A stretch of 47,987 nucleotides of DNA, taken from NCBI GenBank assembly GCA_044356215.1, contig JBIKWQ010000016.1:1-47987 (forward strand). The letters run 5' to 3'. The notes beneath the pieces are model-generated. The model did no database searches, had not been told where the DNA came from, and saw only the letters and a program-made list of their open reading frames with translations. Position numbers and translations under genes: made by a program. Below, piece by piece: positions 1 through 10,028 of this stretch (the first letter of the stretch is position 1; the number at the start of each line of letters is the position of its first letter). This stretch comes from Bdellovibrionota bacterium (lineage in GTDB: Bacteria > Bdellovibrionota_C > UBA2361 > OMII01).

Positions 1-35
1 TTCCGTGCTTCTTTGCGGTCATTTGTGTCTTCCAT
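1..35 (-). CDS. possible 5' end of a gene running off the left edge (MEDTNDRKEAR...)
   Basis: ATG at 35-33 with an open frame to the window edge, downstream of a ~300 bp intergenic region. Too short to identify. Confidence 0.2.
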   Translation of the reverse strand, partial: MEDTNDRKEAR

Positions 36-334
36 TTACAAGCATATGACACACTCCGAAGTATTTAGATACAGAAAAACACTGTGATCGTAGGTAGAAC
101 AACCGCTAGATGTGGGTAATAGTCAGAGCAAAGAGCCCCTCTCATTAGTCGCTATGAGTTACTCGCAAACACTCCTCGGATTTTTTTGTTCATTGCAGTC
201 ATTTTATCGACAAACCGGCTGTTTCGGCGCTTCTTCTACCCTGACTCCCCTTAGTCGTAGTGCCCTCTCTGGTGAGTGGTTACAGTTACTATAACCTTAT
301 TCCTTATACTCTCACCTCTTTGTCTTATTATAAG

Positions 335-934
335 TCATCCTCGACGGAGCGATAATTTCCTTCGGTATACTGAAAAAACCAGGAGGACATTAACAACTAG
401 GAGATATATCTGAAAGGCCGAGTTCTCAATATTCCACATTGGTATCGAAGGGATAACCATTATCACGCTCAGCAAGCTCGCGATGTACGCGGATCCTGTT
501 TCCGTTTCTGGAAATCTCCATGCCTTCACAATGGTCGGCATCGCAGCGAACCCATCTCCTACTGCTGATAGCAATATCGCCGTTTTTGGAGAATCCACCG
601 CGCCCCAGATGATTAACGCGAGCAGTGAGAAGCCGCCACAAACAAAATCAAAAATTGTCAGCTTCCAAAAACTATTGCGATTAAAAAAGGATGATATTAT
701 CACCAGCAACGGAAGAAATCCCGCGAGAAAAATGCGAATGGTTGCCCACATATCGGCGCCGGAAGCCATGGCTGCCGCTGTGCCAATTAAAGGGGCCAGC
801 GCCCACATAGACCAGGACACAAGATTCGGTGTCGTCTTTCCTGAAACAGTATCACGAATATACGCCGCCCCACCGGAGATACTAATCAGCGCGCTTCCTA
901 TAACCAACCAATGAGCGAGCGGCAAATTGAACAT
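335..934 (-). CDS. hypothetical integral membrane protein (~6-7 TM, PQ-loop-like internal duplication)
   Basis: 199-aa hydrophobic ORF with related half-motifs (YIRDTVSGKTTPN / PTIVKAWRFPETE) and an AGAGG SD upstream. Confidence 0.75.
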   Translation of the reverse strand: MFNLPLAHWLVIGSALISISGGAAYIRDTVSGKTTPNLVSWSMWALAPLIGTAAAMASGADMWATIRIFLAGFLPLLVIISSFFNRNSFWKLTIFDFVCGGFSLLALIIWGAVDSPKTAILLSAVGDGFAAMPTIVKAWRFPETETGSAYIASLLSVIMVIPSIPMWNIENSAFQIYLLVVNVLLVFSVYRRKLSLRRG

Positions 935-1135
935 GCCTCTCTATATATTAAATAGATCGCTTGGGCAACAATGATGACATTGCTGCGGTCCGCCTAGCTA
1001 AACAAACAGACACACATTTAAAACCGTACTTCTCTACAACGCTCGCCGGAGCCTGACCTTTTATTACGCCATCTCCGGCATCAAAGCCCCATAGCCAGGC
1101 CAAATACGATCATACTTTTAGTACTCTGCGCTCTC

Positions 1136-2050
1136 TCAGCACCTCCCATCACGCACCCCCATTCTTGGCGCGATTCGCTCCAATTCCTGCTCTTCGCGCT
1201 CTATCTCCTCCTCTATATTTCCACGCCACGACTTACACACCGCGGCCCCCAATAAGATCCCACCGCCAACAAACTCAAGCGCATTTGGGCACGCTCCTAA
1301 AAACAGCGCCGAGATAACCAGGGCGATTGTGGGTTCTGTACTCATCCAAACTGCCGCTAGGGTCGGCGAGACCGAGGCGAATACGATATTAGATAATCGG
1401 TTCGATATGAAGTAGCACCCACCCCCAATAATAAGCCAGAGCACGTCTAAGCCCACTTTAAGATCTAGATCTACTGCTCCGATAAATGCAAAAGCTTGAA
1501 TCACCGCCGACACGAGCACTCCATCCGCTACAGCAAAAGAAGATACTCCATGTCTATGAAATCGACGCGCATATTGAGCAAAAGCGCCCGCTAACGCCGC
1601 TACCAAACTCCAGGTAATTATCGCGGCGATATTGTCGACGCCTCTCTCTCAAGACAAACTTGGCGCGAAGAATACCAGGGCCCCAATTGTTGATAGCCCT
1701 AGAACCACCACTTCGCCTCTGGCTATGCAGCCTTTTTTAACAGCCAATTCGACAAACCCAAGCCAAGGAAGTGATGTCACGAATACAGCTACCGCGTACC
1801 CACCAAGAGCTATCGCATGAGAAAAAGCCCAGGCTCCAATGATATAACCACCAAGCGCGGTAGCGAAACATATCGCTAATGACCGTGGAGAAAGCGCCTT
1901 AAGACGCCGCACGGATAGAAATGGCAAAGCAAGTATACCAGCGACAAGGACACGAATCGGAACCTGCGATGAGGCGGGAAGTCCGACCTGTGTTGATACG
2001 AATCCCGAGAGTAAATAGGTAGCTATAAGTAAAACAAGAAGGCTTTTCAT
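1136..2050 (-). pseudogene. DMT/EamA-family transporter interrupted by one in-frame TGA (1649-1651)
   Basis: ORFs 1649..2050 and 1136..1606 are in the same frame, joined by 14 sense codons (ERGVDNIAAIITWS). EamA-like motifs: IRVLVAG, VFVTSLPW, MSTEPTIA, GGGILLGA. Confidence 0.65.
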
Positions 2051-2131
2051 GAGGAAAAGCTACAAGTTTTTAAGCTTTATATGCTAATATGTGTATAATA
2101 TTATCATTTAGAGCACTATTCGTAGTAATAT

Positions 2132-3109
2132 ATGGCAATCAAAGATCCCCTACTCCACAAACTACTTGCCGCTATTAATCTAAACGCGACGCAATCAGCC
2201 GAGGCAACCGCGAAGCAGACCCGTGTTAGGATTCACCGCATTCAATACGGAAGAAGAGTACTAACTGAGCGGTATGGGCTCATATCCATCCCATTTATCA
2301 ACTATGGCAGATTGGGGGTCGTTAGCTACCTGATCCTCTTCTCACTACGCTCTGACAAGCACCGTTCACAGATACTAAAAGCGATATCACGACACCCCAG
2401 AGTCGGCTGGCTCGGAGAACTGGCTGGAACATTCGAACTAGGCTGCGCCCTTCTGGTGACCGAAGTGGCCCAGGTTCAGGACTTTTTGCGGTCAATTTGT
2501 GATACCTATGGAGATGTCTTCAGCACACAACAGATTGTTCCTCGTGTAACTTTTGAATGGTTTGGTCGACGTTACCTAGCGCCGACAGTTAAGCAGAGAG
2601 AATCATTAAAATACACCGCGCGTGATAAAGAGATCTCAGTTGACCAACTTGATATTAAGATACTCACCGCTTTAGCGAATTCGAGGTCTGAAACCATACA
2701 ATCGATCGCCAAGGAGCTCGGGATACCCTACCCTACGGCTATCAGGAGGGTGCGACAATTAGAGGAGAATGGTGTCATCGAGGGATACTTCGCATCGATT
2801 GACACAGAGCATCTTAATCGGGAAGCCTACCGAACCCTGATTCAAACCGGCACAAGTTCTCGCGAGGCGGCGGCCAAGATACGCAAAATAGCTGAGGAGG
2901 ATCCCCGCGCGACATACTTCGTTGAGGCTATAGGCCCATGGGAGTTTGAGATAGGATGGGAACTCGAGAGCGCCAGAGAGTTAAGCGCGATAACCTCGAC
3001 AATCAGCGGCGCGCTGGCTAATAGAACGGTCCAGGTGCAGGTCTTAAACGAGCTAAGTGATCTGAAGTGGAGCTTCTTTCCATCTGAGGAGGTGGTCTCG
3101 ATCAGATAA
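2132..3109 (+). CDS. tandem (two-module) Lrp/AsnC-family winged-HTH transcriptional regulator
   Basis: Clear second HTH (DQLDIKILTAL...IAKELGIPYPTAIRRVRQLEENGVI) and two AsnC-type ligand domains (LAGTFEL; AIGPWEF). The first HTH is degenerate. Divergent from the EamA gene. Confidence 0.85.
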   Translation: MAIKDPLLHKLLAAINLNATQSAEATAKQTRVRIHRIQYGRRVLTERYGLISIPFINYGRLGVVSYLILFSLRSDKHRSQILKAISRHPRVGWLGELAGTFELGCALLVTEVAQVQDFLRSICDTYGDVFSTQQIVPRVTFEWFGRRYLAPTVKQRESLKYTARDKEISVDQLDIKILTALANSRSETIQSIAKELGIPYPTAIRRVRQLEENGVIEGYFASIDTEHLNREAYRTLIQTGTSSREAAAKIRKIAEEDPRATYFVEAIGPWEFEIGWELESARELSAITSTISGALANRTVQVQVLNELSDLKWSFFPSEEVVSIR

Positions 3110-3194
3110 GAGCGCAACTAGGGAAACGAGGAAAAACATCGCGATAGTGAGGTTTTGCTGCACTTGCCTAAACCTGTCCTCTCCAAGCTCCTGA

Positions 3195-3668
3195 CTACTT
3201 CACCACCCGAACCCCATCACCGAAGTACGTCACTCCACAGCTAGTAGTCTTCGTTGGAGCATCCGCCGTAGCGCAGTCAGTAAACTTGATTACTAAGTCT
3301 ACCTTGGCTTTATCCTCACCTACTGACAGAAATCCGATCTCTGATAGGATCTTCTGGCAGGTATATCGACCTGTAGATCCATAGTTTCCAAACTTCGGAG
3401 AGCTAGCGAGGAAACTGATCGACTCTCCCTGTCCCTGGCCACCTGTAGCAGTTTCGCCTGTCACGGCCCTGACCGTAAACACATCGTTAACATCAACTGA
3501 GACACTCATCGGAAATAAAGGATTTACATCCTCGTTGACAGAGAACGGGCAGGCGTTTGTTGATCTTGTGAATGAACCGGACCACTCTCCAGCGAAATTA
3601 GGCGCCGCGTCACCACCACACGCCGTCAGCAAAACCGAAACGATTGCGATAAATCCAAAGTGTCTCAT
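3195..3668 (-). CDS. hypothetical lipoprotein
   Basis: Signal peptide with lipobox LTAC, beta-rich mature region, AGAGGA SD. Confidence 0.75.
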   Translation of the reverse strand: MRHFGFIAIVSVLLTACGGDAAPNFAGEWSGSFTRSTNACPFSVNEDVNPLFPMSVSVDVNDVFTVRAVTGETATGGQGQGESISFLASSPKFGNYGSTGRYTCQKILSEIGFLSVGEDKAKVDLVIKFTDCATADAPTKTTSCGVTYFGDGVRVVK

Positions 3669-3691
3669 TATTATCCTCTCTATCCCCTTAC

Positions 3692-6600
3692 CTATTTACT
3701 ATCCCTCTTAAGCGCGATCTTGACGCTAGATCCCTCTAGATCAAACTGACGCTCCAATTGAGGATTATCCAGCTTAGAAACTATCTCTACGCACAATGTT
3801 TCAGACATCAGGTAGCTTGAGTGCTTCTGTAAAACTGAATCAATACCATGAATCGCGAGTTTTATCCGATCAGCGATATGGAGGTCAGCCTCCTTTCGCA
3901 TATCTTGTATCTCTCTCACTAGATCGCGCGCTTGCCCCTCAAGAGCAAGCTCTGGTGTTATCTGCGTGTCGAGAGCGATCACGAAATCTCCACCCGACTC
4001 AACAGCTAGCCCCTCTTTACCAGCGAAACCAACTTCGGCCTCACCAGCACCTAGAGTAAATTCACCGACCCTGATGCCCCCATCTTTAAGGACCTCAAAC
4101 TCACCAGCGCGCACCTTTTGAATAACCTCCTGCACACGCCCACCGAGACGCGGGCCTAGGACACGGGCGTTCACCTTGGCGCTTACCGTAGCGATTGAGG
4201 ACGCGTCGGTGAGAAACTCAATAGATTTTACATTAAGCTCACCACAAAGAACCGGGATATACGGCTTTAATCGCTCAGACATCCCCTCTTTTAGCGCGAC
4301 TTTAGCCGTTGATAATGGAAGCCTCACACGAAGCTTTTCCCGCGCGCGCACCGACAATCCCGCTGATACCATAGCGCGTATCGTATGGATCTCACTCGAT
4401 AGATCGGCGTTGATTAAATCATCATTCACCTCAGGCCAATTCTCGATATGCGGGCTCCCTGTGAGACCTAGTCGCTCCCACAATAGCTCCGATATAAATG
4501 GGCAGAGCGGTGCGATCAGCAATGAACATCGCTTAAGCACATAGTATAACGTCGCATAGAAGGTCATCTTCTCTTTAGAGCGCGGGTCATCTGACCAGAC
4601 ACGCTCACGGCTTCGTCTTATGTACCAGTTGTTAAGGGTATCAAAAAACGGCGCGAACAAACGCATCGCGTCGTTAATCTGATATGAATCGAGAGCCTCT
4701 GTAACACTACGAGTTAATATCTCGACCTCGGACAATATAAATCGGTCCAGCTCGCCAAGCTGCGCGTCTGAGAGAGATAGATCGCTCGGGCGAACCTTAT
4801 CTACATCGGTGTACGAGGTCAGGAATGAGAGCGCGTTCCAGATCGGTAGGATCACCGATTTAACCATCCCCTCCACTCCATCATCACGGAACGTCAGATC
4901 CTCAATTCCAACCGCTGGTGAGCTAAACAGGTAAGAGCGAAGCGCGTCTGCTCCGTGATTGTCCATCAAAAGAAGCGGGTCGGTGTAGTTCTTTAAGCTC
5001 TTTGACATCTTCTTGCCATCAGAAGCTAAGAGCGTCCCGGTAACTAAACAGTTTTGGAATGCTGGCTTACCAAATATCGCCGTAGACAATACATGCAGAT
5101 AGTAGAACCAGCAGCGGATCTGCCCCGTACCCTCAGCGATAAAATCAGCCGGGAAATGGGCATTAAAGTGCTCAGCGTTCTCGAATGGATAATGGAATTG
5201 CCCGTAAGGCATCGAACCAGACTCAAACCAGCAATCAAGCACCTCTGGCACGCGCCTTGCCTTTCCTCCGCAAGAACAAGAAACCTCAACTTGGTCTAAG
5301 AACTCCTTATGCAGATCTGGTAACTGACTTCCGTGCTCTTGCTCAATATCAGCCACCGTGAGTACACGGTGTTTACCGCAAGACTCACACTCCCACACTG
5401 GGATCGGAGTAGCCCAATACCTACTGCGGGAGATATTCCAATCACGGGCATTTTCAAGCCAATTTCCGAAGCGCCCGTGTTTAACCGTCTCAGGGTACCA
5501 AGCTACACCCTCATTAGCGTTGAGCAAACTATCTCTAATCGCCTCAACTTTGAAATACCAAGCGTCGAGCGCCCTATAGATCAGTGGATTACGACACCTC
5601 CAACAGTGAGGATAGTTATGCTCTACTGTTTCATCTCGAACAACTACCGACTTCTCTTTGAGGAATTTTATAATTGTGACGTTAGCGTCGTGAACATTCT
5701 GTCCAACAAAATCCGATATCTCAGATGTAAAGCGCCCCGATTCATCAACTGGGTTGCGCACCTCGATACCGTATTTTCTGCAAGCCCAGTAATCATCCTC
5801 TCCGAAAGCTGGCGCCATGTGTACGATTCCTGTTCCATCATCGGTAGAAACAAAATCCGCTAAGATCACTTTAAAAGCTGGATCATCTTTAAAATATGGG
5901 AGCAACGGCTCATATCTGACCTTCAGATCCTCTAACTGCTGCCCAGTGTATGTCTGCAGGACCTCTAGATCCTTACCCAACTCGCGCTCATAACGTTTAA
6001 GGGCCTGCCGCGCCAACAGAACTTTTCCAACGGAGGAGTTAACAACGACGTACTCGATATCTTTGCCTACGGCGAGCGCCAAGTTAGACGGCAAGGTCCA
6101 CGGGGTTGTTGTCCAGGCTAGAGCTGAAACACCATCTATCCCCTTTAATGCAAACTTAACTGTAATCGCGCGGCTCTGTTTTGGTCGCGTGCTATCGTCG
6201 GATCTGATCTCAGATAGAGATAGCGAGGTCTCGCACCTACAGCAATACGGAGCTACCCGGTAATCCTTGTATATTAGCCCCTTCTTATGAGCCTCAACGA
6301 ATGCCCAGATGACCGACTCCATAAAAGATCGATCAAGTGTTCTGTAAGGCTTATCCATATCAACCCAACGACCGACCCGATCGATATAGGTTCGCCAGTT
6401 ACCATCGTAGTCCGAAACTATGCGCCGACACTCCGCGTTAAAAGCGGCGACTCCCACCTTACTCTCAATCTCGCTCTTATCCTTAAGCCCAAGATTTTTT
6501 TCGGCGATCGTCTCTATCGGCAATCCGTGACAATCCCATCCCCACATTCGCGGCACATAAAACCCACGCATCGTCTTGTAACGACAGATAAGGTCCTTCA

Positions 6601-6805
6601 GAGCTGAGATAAATAGAGTGCCGTGATGCGGGCTACCTGTAGCGAAAGGAGGACCGTCGTAAAATATAAACTCAGGCTTTCCCTGACTCGCGTCGAGCGA
6701 GCGCTGAAATGTATTCTCTCTCTTCCACTTCTCCACGACGCCTTTCTCAAGGGTTGGAAAATGCGGTCTAGCCTCAACTTTTTTAAGTAAATTATCTGTT
6801 TCCAT
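3692..6805 (-). CDS. ileS: isoleucine--tRNA ligase, type 2 (IleRS2)
   Basis: FYDGPPFATG, GWDCHGLP, WTTTPWTLPSN editing domain, DWNISRSRYW, KMSKS. 1037 aa with an IleRS2-type C-terminus (REIQDMRKEA). Confidence 0.97.
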   Translation of the reverse strand: METDNLLKKVEARPHFPTLEKGVVEKWKRENTFQRSLDASQGKPEFIFYDGPPFATGSPHHGTLFISALKDLICRYKTMRGFYVPRMWGWDCHGLPIETIAEKNLGLKDKSEIESKVGVAAFNAECRRIVSDYDGNWRTYIDRVGRWVDMDKPYRTLDRSFMESVIWAFVEAHKKGLIYKDYRVAPYCCRCETSLSLSEIRSDDSTRPKQSRAITVKFALKGIDGVSALAWTTTPWTLPSNLALAVGKDIEYVVVNSSVGKVLLARQALKRYERELGKDLEVLQTYTGQQLEDLKVRYEPLLPYFKDDPAFKVILADFVSTDDGTGIVHMAPAFGEDDYWACRKYGIEVRNPVDESGRFTSEISDFVGQNVHDANVTIIKFLKEKSVVVRDETVEHNYPHCWRCRNPLIYRALDAWYFKVEAIRDSLLNANEGVAWYPETVKHGRFGNWLENARDWNISRSRYWATPIPVWECESCGKHRVLTVADIEQEHGSQLPDLHKEFLDQVEVSCSCGGKARRVPEVLDCWFESGSMPYGQFHYPFENAEHFNAHFPADFIAEGTGQIRCWFYYLHVLSTAIFGKPAFQNCLVTGTLLASDGKKMSKSLKNYTDPLLLMDNHGADALRSYLFSSPAVGIEDLTFRDDGVEGMVKSVILPIWNALSFLTSYTDVDKVRPSDLSLSDAQLGELDRFILSEVEILTRSVTEALDSYQINDAMRLFAPFFDTLNNWYIRRSRERVWSDDPRSKEKMTFYATLYYVLKRCSLLIAPLCPFISELLWERLGLTGSPHIENWPEVNDDLINADLSSEIHTIRAMVSAGLSVRAREKLRVRLPLSTAKVALKEGMSERLKPYIPVLCGELNVKSIEFLTDASSIATVSAKVNARVLGPRLGGRVQEVIQKVRAGEFEVLKDGGIRVGEFTLGAGEAEVGFAGKEGLAVESGGDFVIALDTQITPELALEGQARDLVREIQDMRKEADLHIADRIKLAIHGIDSVLQKHSSYLMSETLCVEIVSKLDNPQLERQFDLEGSSVKIALKRDSK

Positions 6806-6813
6806 CGGCGGAC

Positions 6814-6842
6814 ATTATCGACATTTTTAACGTTTCAGTAAA
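6814..6842 (-). promoter_or_regulatory. putative sigma70 promoter for ileS (TTTACT-N17-GATAAT), near-leaderless
   Basis: 17-bp spacing, -10 ends 8 nt before the ATG, no SD present. Confidence 0.5.
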
Positions 6843-6871
6843 CAAAAGACGCCCCAGGGACGCCGGCTAGC

Positions 6872-8014
6872 CTATTTTAGCAACTCACGAGCTATCACAA
6901 TCCGCTGAATCTGGCTGGTTCCCTCGTAAATCTGCAGTAACTTCGCGTCCCTCATCAGCTTCTCAACGGGATACTCCTTTGTGTATCCGTATCCACCAAA
7001 GATCTGTACCGCGTCAGTGGCAACACTCATCGCAGTATCGGCCGAGACCCTCTTAGCCATACTCGATTCAATTGAGGCCGAGCGCCCCTGATCTAGCAGC
7101 CAAGCAGAACGCCAGGTAAGTAGCCGCCCCGAATCAACACCAGTTGCCATATCGGCCAACATAAATTGAATTCCCTGAAAATTAGCGATAGGAGAGCCGA
7201 ATTGCTTACGCTCCTTAGCGTAACCGATCGCGTGCTCACACGCCGCGCGCCCTATTCCTACCGCGATTGCGGCTGTCATTGGTCGACTAGCATCGAGGGT
7301 TTGCATCGCGATCTTAAAGCCCTCTCCTACTGCTCCAATCATATGATCCTTTGGAACGCGAACATTATCAAAGGTCACTCGGCAGGTATCAGAGCACCGC
7401 TGCCCCATCTTGTTTTCATGTTGCCCTACGGCGACACCCGGGGTGGATTTAGGAACAACAATACAGCAGATACCCTTATGCTTCTTTGCTTTATCCGCAG
7501 TAGCGAACACAGTGAATTGCGACGCGTAGCCTGCGTTAGTAATCCACTGCTTAGCGCCGTTTATTATCCACACATCCCCACCATCCTCAACGGTGGTTTG
7601 TAGTCCAGCCGCGTCAGAGCCCGCACCTGGCTCTGTCAAACAGAATGAAGCGAGCCCTGCTGACTCTGCTAGCGGCTTAATAAACTTCTGCTTCTGCTCA
7701 TGGGTGCCGCCGATCTTGATTGGTGTAAGAGCTAGATCGTTAGCGACCATTGAGGTAGCGAATCCAGAGCACCCCCACGCTATCTCCTCAATCACTAAAC
7801 ACGCGTCAAAGATCGACAACCCCGATCCTCCGTACTCTGTTGGAAGAGTAAGATTAATTAATCCTAAAGAATGCCCTTCGCGGATCAGGTCAGCCGGAAA
7901 CTTAGCCTTTTCATCAAGCTCCGCAGCCACAGGTCTAATTTTATCCGCCGCGAAACGCCCCGCTATCTCACGCAGTGATTCCTGCTCCTCTGTAATTCCA
8001 AAAAAAGCGCCCAT
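6872..8014 (-). CDS. acyl-CoA dehydrogenase (short/medium chain, butyryl-CoA dehydrogenase-like)
   Basis: [42 protein letters not shown]. Confidence 0.95.
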   Translation of the reverse strand: MGAFFGITEEQESLREIAGRFAADKIRPVAAELDEKAKFPADLIREGHSLGLINLTLPTEYGGSGLSIFDACLVIEEIAWGCSGFATSMVANDLALTPIKIGGTHEQKQKFIKPLAESAGLASFCLTEPGAGSDAAGLQTTVEDGGDVWIINGAKQWITNAGYASQFTVFATADKAKKHKGICCIVVPKSTPGVAVGQHENKMGQRCSDTCRVTFDNVRVPKDHMIGAVGEGFKIAMQTLDASRPMTAAIAVGIGRAACEHAIGYAKERKQFGSPIANFQGIQFMLADMATGVDSGRLLTWRSAWLLDQGRSASIESSMAKRVSADTAMSVATDAVQIFGGYGYTKEYPVEKLMRDAKLLQIYEGTSQIQRIVIARELLK

Positions 8015-8066
8015 CGATATTCTCCACTAATAAAAAGAAAAATCAGTATGTTTTGATGCCACAACT

Positions 8067-8095
8067 AAAAAAAAAGCGCCGCATAGCGACGCTTT
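8067..8095 (-). terminator. intrinsic terminator downstream of the IclR gene
   Basis: Minus strand AAGCGTCGC-TAT-GCGGCGC followed by T9. Confidence 0.8.
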
Positions 8096-8124
8096 CTTAG
8101 AGGTTCTCTCGATAAGACGAAGAA

Positions 8125-8973
8125 CTACTTCGTATTACGTACCGAAACCCCAGTTCCCGGAGTCGCCATAACTCCTGGTGGAAGCTGCGTCTGACCACTA
8201 ACAACTTCCCTCTCAATTGTTACAGCGCCAGCGCTCTTAGAAGCACCCAACGCCGTTGACAACTGATTAGCCGCTTCTTCAATCTTTGGAATTAGCGTGT
8301 CTAACTTTGCGCGATACTGCGGAGCTAGAACTTCGATCGCTCCAACTACCTCGTTGTTATTCGAGCGGATGACCCTGCAGATTGAGATTACATCAGCCTC
8401 TATGGCACCACGATCAATAATCTGCCCCGAAGTCCTTAACTCAGCCAACTGGGTCTTGATAGCAACATCTTGAACCGTGTTAGTAGCCAACATCTCTGCG
8501 AGCATGGCGTCTGGGAGCTGAGCCGTGAGCAGGCGACCCGCCGCGCTCATCTTAGCTGGGAATGAAACCGCTATACGAGGAGCGACCCTCACTGGACGCT
8601 TTGACTCAATACTTAGCGGAAACTGAACGTTACCAGCCTGTAAAATAACCAAGCTAACTGTCTCTCCGATCGCGTCGGATAGCTCTTTGATAATCGGAGT
8701 CGCCCGACCAACAAGGTTGCTCTGCGCTAAATACGATTGACCCATCTGAAGAGCCTTTACTCCTAGACGGTAATCCTCAGTCTCCTTGTTCTGATCTACA
8801 TAACCACGCAACTCGAGTGTCGCCAAAAGACGGAACACATTGTTTTTGTGCAGCTTAAGACGCTTGGACAACTCGGTTACGCCGACCTCTCCACACGCCT
8901 TGCAAAGCTCTTCGATCACATCAAGAGCGTGCGAAACTGATTGAATTAAGTAATTCGATTTCTCGCGCTTCAT
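8125..8973 (-). CDS. IclR-family transcriptional regulator
   Basis: N-terminal IclR HTH (IQSVSHALDVIEEL...GVTELSKRLKLHKNNVFRLLATL...YRLG) plus C-terminal effector domain. Confidence 0.93.
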   Translation of the reverse strand: MKREKSNYLIQSVSHALDVIEELCKACGEVGVTELSKRLKLHKNNVFRLLATLELRGYVDQNKETEDYRLGVKALQMGQSYLAQSNLVGRATPIIKELSDAIGETVSLVILQAGNVQFPLSIESKRPVRVAPRIAVSFPAKMSAAGRLLTAQLPDAMLAEMLATNTVQDVAIKTQLAELRTSGQIIDRGAIEADVISICRVIRSNNNEVVGAIEVLAPQYRAKLDTLIPKIEEAANQLSTALGASKSAGAVTIEREVVSGQTQLPPGVMATPGTGVSVRNTK

Positions 8974-9182
8974 ACCTAACGTCCTTTGACCCGTTTTACC
9001 CTATTAAACAAAATGCTGCGGGTTAAACTCCCTCCCACAGGTCGACAAATCCGTACTGCTCTTCCTCTTTACCAGAGCCGCCCGTAAGCTACACCAACAA
9101 GCGCAAAATCAACAGTTAACGGCGCTTGTTTTTTCGCCGCTAACCGATACCAATGCTGGTTTATGCATAGCCTTATTAAGGG

Positions 9183-9211
9183 CTTATAACAGGGGGGTAA
9201 CTAAAAGGCAA
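9183..9211 (-). promoter_or_regulatory. putative sigma70 promoter for the IclR gene (TTGCCT-N17-TATAAG, extended TGn)
   Basis: Near-consensus hexamers with a 17-bp spacer, ~200 nt upstream of the ATG. Confidence 0.55.
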
Positions 9212-9266
9212 TGTACTATTTTTTAGTATTCCTGGGCTTTTAACTGCACATTCTCCAAAGCTCGAA

Positions 9267-10028
9267 CTAATCAATAGACCGAGCTATTAGCTGCCCTGCC
9301 GAGTAAATTCCAGGAGACATGCCTTTTAATTTCACCGCCAAAGCGACCGCGCCTTGGCCAAAAACAGCGCGCGTGCTCACTCTATGCGTTATCTCTATTC
9401 GCTCACCTTCCCCGAGAAAATACACCGTGTGGTCACCCACGACATCGCCACCCCGCAGAGCCGCTACCCCCACCTCGCCTGAGCGTCGAAGTCCGGCGCG
9501 GCCAAACACCACATCTGAATCCTCTACCAACGGCCTGATAACAGATTTAGCAGTCCCAGACGGAGCATCTCTCTTCATTCGGTGATGGATATCCAAAACT
9601 TCGATATCAAACCCTGGCCCTAGAAGCTCCTTAGCACGAACAGCTAGAGAGGTTAGCACCGCCGCGCCAACCGAGGTATTTGGAGTTATCCCGAGCGCCA
9701 CCCGCTTTCCTAGCTCATTAAGCCTGGCGACCTGCTCTGGCGAATGCCCAGTTGTAGCGACAAGCACAGGTATCCCCCGCGCGCTGCAGAATTCCACAAC
9801 TCCGACCGATGCGTCGGGAGTACTAAACTCAATGACCAGATCGGTGTTCGCAAGCGCGTTAATATCATCCGAAAACTGGACCTCCGTTCCCGCCACTATC
9901 GCCCCGAGCGATTTCGACCGCGGCGATACCAGGGCCGCCCCAAGCCGCAAGTCAGATCGCGCTAGAATCGCCTCAACGACAAATCGACCCGTTCTTCCCG
10001 TCGCTCCTACAACACCGATTTTCATCAT
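9267..10028 (-). CDS. dapB: 4-hydroxy-tetrahydrodipicolinate reductase
   Basis: GATGRTG Rossmann motif, HHRMKRDAPSGTA, RGGDVVGDH. ATGA-type overlap with dapA. Confidence 0.96.
   Translation of the reverse strand: MMKIGVVGATGRTGRFVVEAILARSDLRLGAALVSPRSKSLGAIVAGTEVQFSDDINALANTDLVIEFSTPDASVGVVEFCSARGIPVLVATTGHSPEQVARLNELGKRVALGITPNTSVGAAVLTSLAVRAKELLGPGFDIEVLDIHHRMKRDAPSGTAKSVIRPLVEDSDVVFGRAGLRRSGEVGVAALRGGDVVGDHTVYFLGEGERIEITHRVSTRAVFGQGAVALAVKLKGMSPGIYSAGQLIARSID

Noticed and set aside
935..1135. Riboswitch (fluoride/preQ1/guanidine) upstream of the membrane protein
   Set aside because: Two small hairpins exist (GCCGGAG/CTCCGGC; GCAACAATG/CATTGCTGC) but the conserved aptamer nucleotides of those classes are not present.
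1649..1651. Alternative genetic code (UGA = Trp/Gly)
   Set aside because: Other genes end properly at TGA (e.g. folA, thyA, dapA, 335..934), Trp is encoded by TGG, and long genes have no internal TGA.
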